Below, one piece after another: positions 28,446 to 36,939 of a DNA stretch of 64,000 bases (positions are counted from its first letter, which is position 1; each line of letters opens with the position of its first letter). This DNA comes from a virus (lineage: Duplodnaviria > Heunggongvirae > Uroviricota > Caudoviricetes): the IMG/VR virus record IMGVR_UViG_3300033146_003879, positions 118,990-182,989 of that record. The stretch is one strand, 5' to 3'. Under the pieces are notes generated by a model. The model saw nothing but the letters and a program-made list of their open reading frames with translations, was not told where the DNA came from and ran no database searches. Made by a program: the position numbers and the translations under genes.

Positions 28446-29267
28446 TCAAAAAGTTTTCCATTCTAAGTTCGGTTCATCAGGAGCCTCGTCCTGTTTTCCC
28501 CGATCATAATACGATTGTTCATCGTAGTACTTCCACATAATAGCCATGTTACGCGTAAGCTCCTCAGACACATCCTCAGAGAAGGAGTCCACCATCTGCA
28601 TAAGTAATGCGGGATACCCCGTAAGCTTACCGGTATACTCCTTTGCGATCTCCTTTAAGAAGTCAATCGGTAGTTTTTCCGGGATGACATCAAGCATACA
28701 CAGGTATTTTTCGACAAGATTATATCTCTTGAGCTCAGAAATAATCAACCTGATGTCTACGGAGGTAAGTTTCTCACGCATAACAGACATGAGCATGACA
28801 GCTATATAACTGCTTATTCTCTCTTCCTCAATACGTCTTACAGGAGCACGAGCAAACCAGTGATACCACGTGTTATCAACCAGCTTATCAAGGTTTCTAT
28901 TTTCCCCGAGAAGCTCAACTGTCACTGCACTCCGCACCGGAAGAGCAGCAAGCGCACGTAGCGCCTCCAGTTCCTCAGCAGGACTTTCATATTCTTCAAC
29001 ATGGCGCATCTTTGTGATGACATCAATAACGAACCCATCTGATGGATTCATGTCGTGCGCCGCATGCAGGAGTTGAGCGCGCCCTAGCTCTGTATCCCAC
29101 AACCCGTCAAACACCGTTCGCACAAACGGGTACTCTTCCTCCAACTCCCCGATTGACGCCTTCTCCCACAACCCTCTACGGGTAAGAGAAATAATATGGA
29201 AGATCTTTTCCTCTATGCTACATTGCTGCTGCAGATAGCAGAGGTGCTTCTCTTGCACTTCATTCAT
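28446..29267 (-). CDS. hypothetical protein (273 aa) in the rSAM cluster
   Basis: ORF, no motif recognised. Confidence 0.45.
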   Translation of the reverse strand: MNEVQEKHLCYLQQQCSIEEKIFHIISLTRRGLWEKASIGELEEEYPFVRTVFDGLWDTELGRAQLLHAAHDMNPSDGFVIDVITKMRHVEEYESPAEELEALRALAALPVRSAVTVELLGENRNLDKLVDNTWYHWFARAPVRRIEEERISSYIAVMLMSVMREKLTSVDIRLIISELKRYNLVEKYLCMLDVIPEKLPIDFLKEIAKEYTGKLTGYPALLMQMVDSFSEDVSEELTRNMAIMWKYYDEQSYYDRGKQDEAPDEPNLEWKTF

Positions 29268-29294
29268 GTAGGACTCTCCTTTTCCTAAGTATTT

Positions 29295-29807
29295 TCATAG
29301 TCGGAAATCCCTCATTGTTTCTCCTGTACCCTCTGCCCTTACATACTGTGCGTGTGCTAGTTCTGGTTCTCCTGCAGCGGTGAATATGTCGCCCTGCAAC
29401 TTGGCGAGTATAGCTCGTGACTCAGTAGAGTATCCAGAGTAGTACTCCGCCTTCTCCACAACGGCAATATACCGCCAGAACCACCTGTCATCATCACGTA
29501 GATCCCGTCGAACAAGAGCACTTCTTACAAATGTGTCTGCGATAGTTGCAGCATGTGCAATGTGATTAACATGTTCAAGCCTTCCCATGAAACGAACAAC
29601 ACAGTCAATAGCACCTACTTGACTAGTTGCCATCGACACGCACCGCCGCGCGTTAGCCTCCATCCGTGCTCTCGGTGCGGGCACAAGGGAATCATGTAGC
29701 TTCATAGCTACAGGAGCAACAATCAACAACAAAACCAAAGCAATCGCTATTAAGTCAATACAGGGAGACCAACAGAACTTCCCATCTAGTTTACATAAGT
29801 TAAACAT
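29295..29807 (-). CDS. hypothetical membrane-anchored protein (170 aa), first gene of the rSAM cluster
   Basis: Hydrophobic helix LIAIALVLLLIVAPVA. Promoter motif about 85 nt upstream. Confidence 0.45.
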   Translation of the reverse strand: MFNLCKLDGKFCWSPCIDLIAIALVLLLIVAPVAMKLHDSLVPAPRARMEANARRCVSMATSQVGAIDCVVRFMGRLEHVNHIAHAATIADTFVRSALVRRDLRDDDRWFWRYIAVVEKAEYYSGYSTESRAILAKLQGDIFTAAGEPELAHAQYVRAEGTGETMRDFRL

Positions 29808-29891
29808 AGCACTACCCCTATCAAATAAAAATAAACAACCAACAAGCCCATAACATTACATTACAGGATCGATACACAGCATAAGTCTCAT

Positions 29892-29907
29892 TATCTTATA
29901 CCATAAA
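29892..29907 (-). promoter_or_regulatory. recurrent promoter-like motif, copy 3
   Basis: cttataccataaat, upstream of 29295..29807. Confidence 0.4.
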
Positions 29908-29992
29908 TATGAGAAAATAGAGGCAGTTATCCAACAGCCCGTAAAACCCGGTCTCTGTAGGCCAGGCCCGACAAAGGCCGGGATATAAGGGC

Positions 29993-30367
29993 TTACTGAT
30001 TCTTAATGTATGTCTTGATGACTTCGAGCGGTGCGCCGCCAGAAGACGTAACGTAATAAGACGGGGACCATAATTTCTTGTGCCGTCTTAATTCCGGGTA
30101 TAAAGCTCTGAGCTTTTTGCTTGTTGGCCCCTTAACTGCCTGCACTATAGAGGAGATTGACTCTGTCGAAGGGTATTCAATAAGGAGGTGGACGTGATCT
30201 AAATCGCCGTTACATTCCTCAAGCGTGATCCCCTTCTTCTTGAACGCCTGTCTTGCATAATATGCGAAGTCTCCAAGTATTCTCGGAGAAAGCACCTTTC
30301 TCCTATACTTCGTTACCAATACGAGGTGTGCATGCAAGCTGCTTATGTTTGTTCTTGACTTCCTCAT
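29993..30367 (-). CDS. tnpA: IS200/IS605 Y1 (HUH) transposase TnpA
   Basis: LHAHLVLVTKYRRKVL ... DHVHLLIEYP (HuH) ... LWSPSYYVTS (catalytic Tyr). Confidence 0.85.
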   Translation of the reverse strand: MRKSRTNISSLHAHLVLVTKYRRKVLSPRILGDFAYYARQAFKKKGITLEECNGDLDHVHLLIEYPSTESISSIVQAVKGPTSKKLRALYPELRRHKKLWSPSYYVTSSGGAPLEVIKTYIKNQ

Positions 30368-30389
30368 AACCCTAAGTATACTCTTTTGT

Positions 30390-31508
30390 ATGAAAGTGTC
30401 AAGAGCATATAAATACCGCCTTTACCCTACGCGAGAACAAGAGATTAAGTTGTCTCAGTTCGTTGGAAACAATAGATATCTCTGGAACTTCGTTCTATCC
30501 GCTCTCGAAGGCAAGAAGTGGGACCGATTCGCTGTTTCCAAACAACTTCCTTCACTTAAGTCTGAAATACCATTCCTTAAAGAATCTCCGTCTCAAGCGT
30601 TTCAACAATTGTTAATTGATATGGATGCTGCATTTAAGAGCTTCTTTCGGAAGAAACACGGATATCCGAAGTTTAAGAAACGCGGTATGCACGACTCTTT
30701 TAGAATACCGGTTGTGAAGTCCCCTGAATCTATAAACAAGAATAGCTGCGTCTGGATACCAAAATTGGGTTTTGTGGAACTGCGTTTGTCGCGTGAGGTG
30801 AGAGGAGAAGCGAAGTCTATCACTGTGTCTCGGAGAGCGGGAAAATGGTTTGTCTCAATATTGACGAAAAGCGAGATGCAGGAAACAGGCGGAAAGACAG
30901 GAAATAGTGTAGGAATTGATCTCGGCGTTAAACACTTCGCGACAACGTCGGGCGGAAAGCATATACATGCTCCAGAGGAAAGAGTGCGCTATTTAGAGAA
31001 GAGAATAGAGCGCATGCAGAGGAAAGTCAGTAGAGCGAAGAAAGGATCAAGCAACAGAAGCAAGTTGCGTCTTAAATTAAGTAGACTCCACTTAACTCTC
31101 GCGAATGTGAAAGAAGACTTCTTGCACAAGGTGAGCACACAGTTAATCAAGAACCACGATTTACTTGTGCTCGAAGACCTTGGTGTAAAGGAGATGACAG
31201 AAGCAGGAGCGAGAAAAGCGAAGTTAAATAGAGCAATCTTGCGTCAAGGTTGGTATAAATTTAGGACTTTACTTGAGTATAAGAGTATGTGGTATGGCTG
31301 TGCCGTAGTGTTCGTCCCGCCTCAATTCACGAGTCAGCGCTGTAGCGAATGCGGGAATATAAACGCAGCAAACAGAAAGACACAATCGTCATTTAAATGC
31401 CTTTCGTGTGGCCATACTGAAAACGCTGATATAAACGCAGCTAAGAACATTTTCACCGTCGGGCAGACGGGTAGAGCCTTTGGAGACGCCGCGCTAGCGG
31501 GTCGATGA
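30390..31508 (+). CDS. tnpB: TnpB (OrfB, RuvC-like, RNA-guided nuclease family)
   Basis: N-terminus KVSRAYKYRLYPTREQ, GIDLGVKHFATTSGG (RuvC-I), C-terminal zinc finger CSECG...CLSCGH, DINAAKNI. Confidence 0.85.
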   Translation: MKVSRAYKYRLYPTREQEIKLSQFVGNNRYLWNFVLSALEGKKWDRFAVSKQLPSLKSEIPFLKESPSQAFQQLLIDMDAAFKSFFRKKHGYPKFKKRGMHDSFRIPVVKSPESINKNSCVWIPKLGFVELRLSREVRGEAKSITVSRRAGKWFVSILTKSEMQETGGKTGNSVGIDLGVKHFATTSGGKHIHAPEERVRYLEKRIERMQRKVSRAKKGSSNRSKLRLKLSRLHLTLANVKEDFLHKVSTQLIKNHDLLVLEDLGVKEMTEAGARKAKLNRAILRQGWYKFRTLLEYKSMWYGCAVVFVPPQFTSQRCSECGNINAANRKTQSSFKCLSCGHTENADINAAKNIFTVGQTGRAFGDAALAGR

Positions 31509-31526
31509 ATTAGGAATCCCGGTCTT

Positions 31527-32180
31527 TCAAGGCCGGGAGGATGTCAAGACGTTGAAACCCATCTCAATCAACTTTACGAGATGTTCTGGGCTGTGCCCGA
31601 CATTAAGTGTATAGGGGCCTCCACCGACAGTGTAATCCAACATAACGCTGGAGTCTCCCTCATTGAAGCGTAGTTTACCAAACTTCGCAATCATGATTCC
31701 TGGGAACCAACTCTCAATAATCTTTTTCTCATGCTCTTTGATGTCGGACAGGAGCCTACTGCCCATTTTAACCCTACAAGGTTCACCGCAGTTTACCATT
31801 CTATCCTCCCCAAATACATCGCATATTTCATACACGATTTGATTACTACCGTTAAACCGAGACACAGGAAGCTTTCTAGCCACCATCTTATCCTGGTTAT
31901 GCCACACAGAACCTCTTGGAGACAGTGCTACAAATCGCGTTTCCCAGTCTTTAACCTTATCAAGGTAGTGTTTATAGTGCTCCGGGGAAATATCATATGA
32001 GATATCAGTTATTTCATTGCTTGCTGCTATATCAGACAGTGCCTGCATAGCGACTTCATGCTGCCCTACATTCCCGACAGGAATATAGATTGGACTAAAG
32101 TGCTTTTTGTCTTCCCAGTCTTTCTGGGAGACTCTCTTAATCGATTCGATTTGTTCTTTGCTGAGACTTTCTTTAACCAC
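31527..32180 (-). CDS. hypothetical protein (217 aa) next to the RNA ligase
   Basis: ORF. No clear phosphoesterase or kinase motifs seen. Confidence 0.4.
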   Translation of the reverse strand: MVKESLSKEQIESIKRVSQKDWEDKKHFSPIYIPVGNVGQHEVAMQALSDIAASNEITDISYDISPEHYKHYLDKVKDWETRFVALSPRGSVWHNQDKMVARKLPVSRFNGSNQIVYEICDVFGEDRMVNCGEPCRVKMGSRLLSDIKEHEKKIIESWFPGIMIAKFGKLRFNEGDSSVMLDYTVGGGPYTLNVGHSPEHLVKLIEMGFNVLTSSRP

Positions 32181-32598
32181 TCTTCTCCTCCCATTTTCTC
32201 AACTGTTTCATCAAACTTCCATCAACATCAAGGCGTCCGTCACCCATGGGATTTCCAAAACTGAACCACCCACCATCGACGGTACGAGTAAATGTTAGCG
32301 GGGTATTTTCTTCATCATCCAGATGACCATATACTAGCACGTCAGTTTCCTTTGCATACAATCCCGAGCACTGGTCAACCTCTTGTTTCCACAGCTCTCT
32401 CAGATCCTTTCGCGCGGTATTAAAGGAAGCAACGGTTTGTATATAGGCCCGGTTGTGCCGGGTCATTTTGACCTTTCCGTCGTCGAAGAAGTCATACTCC
32501 TCCCCTACCAACGGGACAGGCATTAATTTTCTAACTCCCATAGTGTTCCCCTCCATCTCCGTGGTTAGTAACAGCCGCTCTAATACCCTCTGCGACAC
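32173..32598 (-). CDS. hypothetical protein (141 aa); part of it is duplicated at 34156-34400
   Basis: PLVGEEYDFFDDGKVKMT...SGLYAKETDVLVYGHLDDEE recurs in the downstream ORFs. Confidence 0.4.
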   Translation of the reverse strand: MSQRVLERLLLTTEMEGNTMGVRKLMPVPLVGEEYDFFDDGKVKMTRHNRAYIQTVASFNTARKDLRELWKQEVDQCSGLYAKETDVLVYGHLDDEENTPLTFTRTVDGGWFSFGNPMGDGRLDVDGSLMKQLRKWEEKSG

Positions 32599-33511
32599 TT
32601 CCGATAGCTATAACACCATCGATAAGGAGCATGCCGAGATGAATTAGTGTTTTAACGCTATCATGCTGTACCCCAGACACAGGTAAAGAAGGGTTAACCT
32701 CTTTCCCTGACACCGCGAGCTTCCCATCGTCTGCCGCAGAGAATTCAACATCAACAAGAATATCTTTGACACCCTCTCGAACAGAGTCAAGAACAGCAGG
32801 ATCTTTGATAAACAACTCAACATCCTTTCTTGTAGCGGGAACAGGCTCCATATCCCACTCTTCAATGATATTCCTCTCCGGCTTTATCTTAACCATGATA
32901 CGCTTACCACTTCTGGTGAGCATACCAAGAGGCGCCTTCAATACGACACCTTCTGCGGGATACTCTTTGTTCTCCGCAATTAACGACTTGAAGTCGTTGT
33001 TGACCAGGGCATCTGCTTCGGCAAGACTCATGTTTCCGAGAAACGGAACAACAAGAATCCCTATACGGGCCGCAATGTTTTCTATATCTTTTCTCTGCAA
33101 CCACCAGCCCCCTACACGAATATCAAACAGAATGAAGGACACATCTTTCTTTATGTAGTTCCCTCCTTTCTGAATCTTCACACCATACCCTTCTCCATAG
33201 AGACAGACGACCTGTCCACCCTCAAGAGTAAACCCTTTCTTAAGAGTCTCCGGAGTAAACAACTCATGCAGCTTCTTGTCAAGGTGCCCCGGCAAGATAG
33301 CTTTATCCGTCTTACCCCGGATATCGACTTTCTCTCCATCCCAGATAACACGAATGTTCGTGCCGTCTATTTTCTCTGTTGCTTCCCACAGGGCGTTCTC
33401 GAGTACCTCAAATTCAGGCATTGCGTACGCGCCTCTTATGAGAGGCTTATTTTTCATATGCATAGCCCTCTTCCACAAAGAGTTTATCTTTGTATACTTT
33501 CCTCCGTTCAT
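32531..33511 (-). CDS. ATP-dependent RNA ligase, Rnl2-like
   Basis: Motif I EKIDGTN (compare T4 Rnl2 EKIHGTN), motif IV EGVVLK, motif V IMVKIKPE. Start MNGG is preceded by GGAGGGAGAAGG. Confidence 0.7.
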   Translation of the reverse strand: MNGGKYTKINSLWKRAMHMKNKPLIRGAYAMPEFEVLENALWEATEKIDGTNIRVIWDGEKVDIRGKTDKAILPGHLDKKLHELFTPETLKKGFTLEGGQVVCLYGEGYGVKIQKGGNYIKKDVSFILFDIRVGGWWLQRKDIENIAARIGILVVPFLGNMSLAEADALVNNDFKSLIAENKEYPAEGVVLKAPLGMLTRSGKRIMVKIKPERNIIEEWDMEPVPATRKDVELFIKDPAVLDSVREGVKDILVDVEFSAADDGKLAVSGKEVNPSLPVSGVQHDSVKTLIHLGMLLIDGVIAIGSVAEGIRAAVTNHGDGGEHYGS

Positions 33512-33524
33512 CCTTCTCCCTCCT

Positions 33525-33806
33525 CTAAACACTATCAATAAACTTGAGAAGCTCCTCTTTCTTTTTCTTGACCTCTGGAGTCAGTTCCACCTCGTGTCTC
33601 CTGATCCTCGGGAACACACCGTACTCATCTTCATAGATACTATACATTATACCCAGACCTACAGCAGGCTCTACGTATCCAAACAGATGAGAAGGCAGGG
33701 ATAACGTCACTTTCCCAAACCTAACGGAAACGAACTCGTCACTGTACGAAACTATTACACCTGACTTCTCTGCTATCAGGTTAATCATCTGCTTTCCCGT
33801 CCACAA
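33525..33806 (-). CDS. hypothetical protein (93 aa)
   Basis: ORF. Confidence 0.35.
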   Translation of the reverse strand: MWTGKQMINLIAEKSGVIVSYSDEFVSVRFGKVTLSLPSHLFGYVEPAVGLGIMYSIYEDEYGVFPRIRRHEVELTPEVKKKKEELLKFIDSV

Positions 33807-34050
33807 CAGTAGCTCTATCGCCCGCTACATAACACTCCCTCCCCACGAGTTCCGGGTATACATCCTTCAGCAATCTCCACGCCTTCGCCCTCAACCGCCC
33901 TTGTTCTTTCGCCAAGGCTATTATCTTTTTCGTAGTAAAGGGGAAACGGCATAGTCTCTCCAAAGTCACCCTACACCCTGTTGCCTCATCAAACAGCAGC
34001 ATAATATCTTGTGGGACTACCCACTCTTGTTTCTTTTCCTTAGCACTCAT
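33781..34050 (-). CDS. hypothetical protein (89 aa)
   Basis: ORF. Confidence 0.35.
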   Translation of the reverse strand: MSAKEKKQEWVVPQDIMLLFDEATGCRVTLERLCRFPFTTKKIIALAKEQGRLRAKAWRLLKDVYPELVGRECYVAGDRATVVDGKADD

Positions 34051-34170
34051 GTACTTCTCCTCCTAATAAGATTATTCTGTTCTTCTAAACCCCCGACTGG
34101 ATTGTGAGCTCAATTATCCTCTCCGCTCCTCCTACAGCCACCAATACCTCTAGTACTATTCCTCCCTTAT

Positions 34171-34378
34171 GTCCTTCCTCGCGGTGTTAAAGGAGGTAAC
34201 GGTTTGTATATAGACCTGCCTGAGGCTTGTCATTTTGCCCTCCCCGTCGTCGAAGAAGTCATACTCTTCCCCCACCAACGGGATAGGTTTCCTCATCCTC
34301 AAAGCGTCCGTATACGAACACGTCAGTTTCCTTTGCATACAACCCTGAGCACCGGCCAACCTCTTGTTTCCTCCTGTT
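34171..34378. repeat. about 200-bp duplicated and circularly permuted copy of 32300-32520
   Basis: cgtcgtcgaagaagtcatactc..ccaacggga, cggtttgtatata and cgtcagtttcctttgcatacaa blocks all recur, but in permuted order. Confidence 0.7.
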
Positions 34379-34792
34379 CCGCTCGGGCTTTATTTTACCC
34401 ATCTCCTCTCCGCGAGAAGTGTCTCGGTTCTCTTCTGCCACGAGCGTCACCGTAACATCCATTGGGCCAAGATCACGCAAATAACCACCGGACTCGGGGC
34501 CAGTATTCTTGACAACAAAGAACACTTTTTCCTCCCCTGCTATTTCGATTAGACGCTCTTTCGTTATTTCGATAACACGGAAGCCGGCGTCTACGTAGAC
34601 ATGCGTGACCTGAGGCAGTACATCAACAAGTTCATTATTCCCAGCCCTAAGCATGCGCACTTGCTCTCTCTTTACTTTTAATTCAGATTCGGTCGCCGCG
34701 AGCTCCACGTTAGACTTATTTAACGCGTCTGCAAGAAAAGCAACAAAAGTGGCAGCGATCAGCACTGCGATTACAAATAGGATGTATATCAT
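34259..34792 (-). CDS. hypothetical membrane-anchored coiled-coil protein (carries the duplicated fragment in its C-terminus)
   Basis: N-terminal TM helix MIYILFVIAVLIAATFVAFL and a helical region. C-terminus is SGLYAKETDVFVYGRFEDEE. Confidence 0.4.
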   Translation of the reverse strand: MIYILFVIAVLIAATFVAFLADALNKSNVELAATESELKVKREQVRMLRAGNNELVDVLPQVTHVYVDAGFRVIEITKERLIEIAGEEKVFFVVKNTGPESGGYLRDLGPMDVTVTLVAEENRDTSRGEEMGKIKPERNRRKQEVGRCSGLYAKETDVFVYGRFEDEETYPVGGGRV

Positions 34793-35313
34793 AGCAATCC
34801 TTCCTCCATCATCCTGTCCACCACCTCTTTGAGGTAGTAGTGTGTTTGTAGCAACGCGGTTACGTCAGTAAACTCCCTGATAGCAGTGAATAGAGCATCT
34901 TCCTCCTGATCAGTCACTTTTCTAATAGACGCCACCTTTCCCATGTCCCCTACTCTTTGCGCCATGAGGAATTGGTCTGCATTCTGTGCCTCTGCCTGCC
35001 TCCTCGCAATTGTCTTGAGTATATCTTGTGTTAGCTCCGGGCGAGTATCCCTGACAAAAACATCAGGGTAGTCCCGAATAAGAACACGCTGCCCAAGGGC
35101 CGCCTGACATATATGTATGCCATCGGCCCAATTCCTCCCAACATCTTCTCGGAGGACAGGGAGTCGCGCATACTTGTTATGCGCTTCGATGAGCAGGTCC
35201 ATTACCTCCCGCTCCTCCTCGGTAAAGGGGTCTTTACTAGTCATAATTTTCTCCCCCGTCAACAATAACATCGAGTTCTTTAGTTGTAACAGTACCACCT
35301 TCGCGGACGGCAT
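34789..35313 (-). CDS. hypothetical protein (174 aa)
   Basis: ORF. Confidence 0.4.
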   Translation of the reverse strand: MPSAKVVLLQLKNSMLLLTGEKIMTSKDPFTEEEREVMDLLIEAHNKYARLPVLREDVGRNWADGIHICQAALGQRVLIRDYPDVFVRDTRPELTQDILKTIARRQAEAQNADQFLMAQRVGDMGKVASIRKVTDQEEDALFTAIREFTDVTALLQTHYYLKEVVDRMMEEGLL

Positions 35314-35623
35314 AACTTAACTTCCGCGTAAGAGCCTCACGCAGTATCTCATCTCTACCAATTGGGACCTCGACTCCTGAGATTGTCATAAATAATCGAC
35401 ACTCCCTACTTTCAATCAAGGAAATAAGTTTATCGTTGCCTGCCTTCACGCGATACAGCGTAAACGCAGCTTCCTCTTTATCCTCTTGCAGCCTTTTTAT
35501 GTAGTCACTAAGGTCTGCTAGTGTTTTGTTTGCCTCCCACAGTAGTAGTGAGGTAACGGTTGCTATTATTGTCATACACAAAGCGAGCATTGGCATAAAT
35601 ATATTAAATAAATCAACAGGCAT
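35237..35623 (-). CDS. hypothetical membrane-anchored protein (128 aa)
   Basis: N-terminal helix FMPMLALCMTIIATVTSLLLW. Confidence 0.4.
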   Translation of the reverse strand: MPVDLFNIFMPMLALCMTIIATVTSLLLWEANKTLADLSDYIKRLQEDKEEAAFTLYRVKAGNDKLISLIESRECRLFMTISGVEVPIGRDEILREALTRKLSYAVREGGTVTTKELDVIVDGGENYD

Positions 35624-35638
35624 AATATTGCCCTCCTT

Positions 35639-36235
35639 TTAAAAGTTAACAATCCCCGTCGCATCAGGCAACGTCTCAGTAGGGTCCCTATCTCCATTCT
35701 TATTGAGCTCCCAATTTACCATATGAGGGTATCGGATAGCCTCCCAGTTTATGTTGTATTTAACTGGGAGCAGGGCAAGTATTTTCTTAACCCCATCCTC
35801 TACCTCAGCAGGCAGTACGCCACAGAGCGAATCCCCTACTTTGAATCGTTTTGCAATATGACGAGCTTTCCTCTCAACTTCCTTAGAAGAAGGACTGTTG
35901 TAGAAAGAGTCAGTCTTCACGTGTACGACATTGAAGCTCTTATCGATAACGACTTTCAGTGGAGCTTTAGTCACGTGACTTGCGCCTCCACCCCAATCAC
36001 CGTAGCCTGATATGACACTACCGAACCCGATCTCGAGGCATTTACTGTTATACAGTTTTTTGTCGGTTATAGATGTATAACCAACACCGTTTCTCACACG
36101 AATATCCTTCCCGAGCACATCTGCTATTCTGAGTAGCTTCTTCTCGACAACAACCTCCCTCTCTGGCTGAATCAATGTAAAGATTGCTCCTGAAAGCGCG
36201 ATGGCGAATACCAATACTACTATCCACATAATCAC
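35639..36235 (-). CDS. hypothetical membrane-anchored protein (198 aa)
   Basis: N-terminal helix MIMWIVVLVFAIALSGAIFTLI. Confidence 0.4.
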   Translation of the reverse strand: MIMWIVVLVFAIALSGAIFTLIQPEREVVVEKKLLRIADVLGKDIRVRNGVGYTSITDKKLYNSKCLEIGFGSVISGYGDWGGGASHVTKAPLKVVIDKSFNVVHVKTDSFYNSPSSKEVERKARHIAKRFKVGDSLCGVLPAEVEDGVKKILALLPVKYNINWEAIRYPHMVNWELNKNGDRDPTETLPDATGIVNF

Positions 36236-36471
36236 TTACCCTCCTTTTTGTAGTCGTCAAGCCCTTTTAAGTATTGCCCCTTAATCGGCGTACACTCGAA
36301 CTCAACAACAGTTTCATCACCCGCAGCTCTAACACATTTGGCTTCCACTTTGACACCAAAAATAGGTCCGAGCACTCCTGCAACAGAATCGGCATCTGTG
36401 TCAAGAAGCCATGCAACTAACGCATTGTGCGCCTCGTTGTCTGTTACTGTAAATGTCTTTTTATTACTCAT
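36232..36471 (-). CDS. hypothetical protein (79 aa)
   Basis: ORF. Confidence 0.35.
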   Translation of the reverse strand: MSNKKTFTVTDNEAHNALVAWLLDTDADSVAGVLGPIFGVKVEAKCVRAAGDETVVEFECTPIKGQYLKGLDDYKKEGK

Positions 36472-36537
36472 GATTAAACTCCTATTATCGTATATATACT
36501 AATGCATCTTCCAGCTCAGCTAACCTTTCCTCTATTG

Positions 36538-36918
36538 TCATAAATTGCCCCCCTCAACTATATTAGACTCAAATCGCGTACCCTTAATATCTGTGATACC
36601 TGTAGGTACCACGCGAGCACCATACCTACTCACTGAGATTAGGTCCTGATGCGTGATTACCATCCGTCCTTGCGGCAATCGATTAAATGAGCAGTGCGAC
36701 ACCAGCAGTACCTCAGCGTAGGGATGTATGACTACATCCTGCCCTTCCCTCCAGTAAATACCCATTTCGAATAGGGCCAACTGTATTCTACGGGATGCAG
36801 CAGCGCTGGTTGGATAGATAGCGAGGAGTAAAGGCTCACCTGTTGTCACACTGATTTTCATCGCGTCAGCACGCGCATCAATAATGCGAGCAAGATAACT
36901 TTTATGGTAACTACACAC
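36538..36918 (-). CDS. hypothetical protein (126 aa)
   Basis: ORF. Confidence 0.4.
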   Translation of the reverse strand: MCSYHKSYLARIIDARADAMKISVTTGEPLLLAIYPTSAAASRRIQLALFEMGIYWREGQDVVIHPYAEVLLVSHCSFNRLPQGRMVITHQDLISVSRYGARVVPTGITDIKGTRFESNIVEGGNL

Positions 36919-36939
36919 ACCTCACCTCTCAAATAACTG

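Larger units (their letters stand above)
29930..31545. mobile_element. IS200/IS605-family insertion sequence (divergent tnpA / tnpB), ends approximate
   Basis: Y1 transposase plus TnpB. Subterminal hairpins with shared cccggtct..ggcc at both ends (29948-29975, 31517-31540). Confidence 0.7.
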
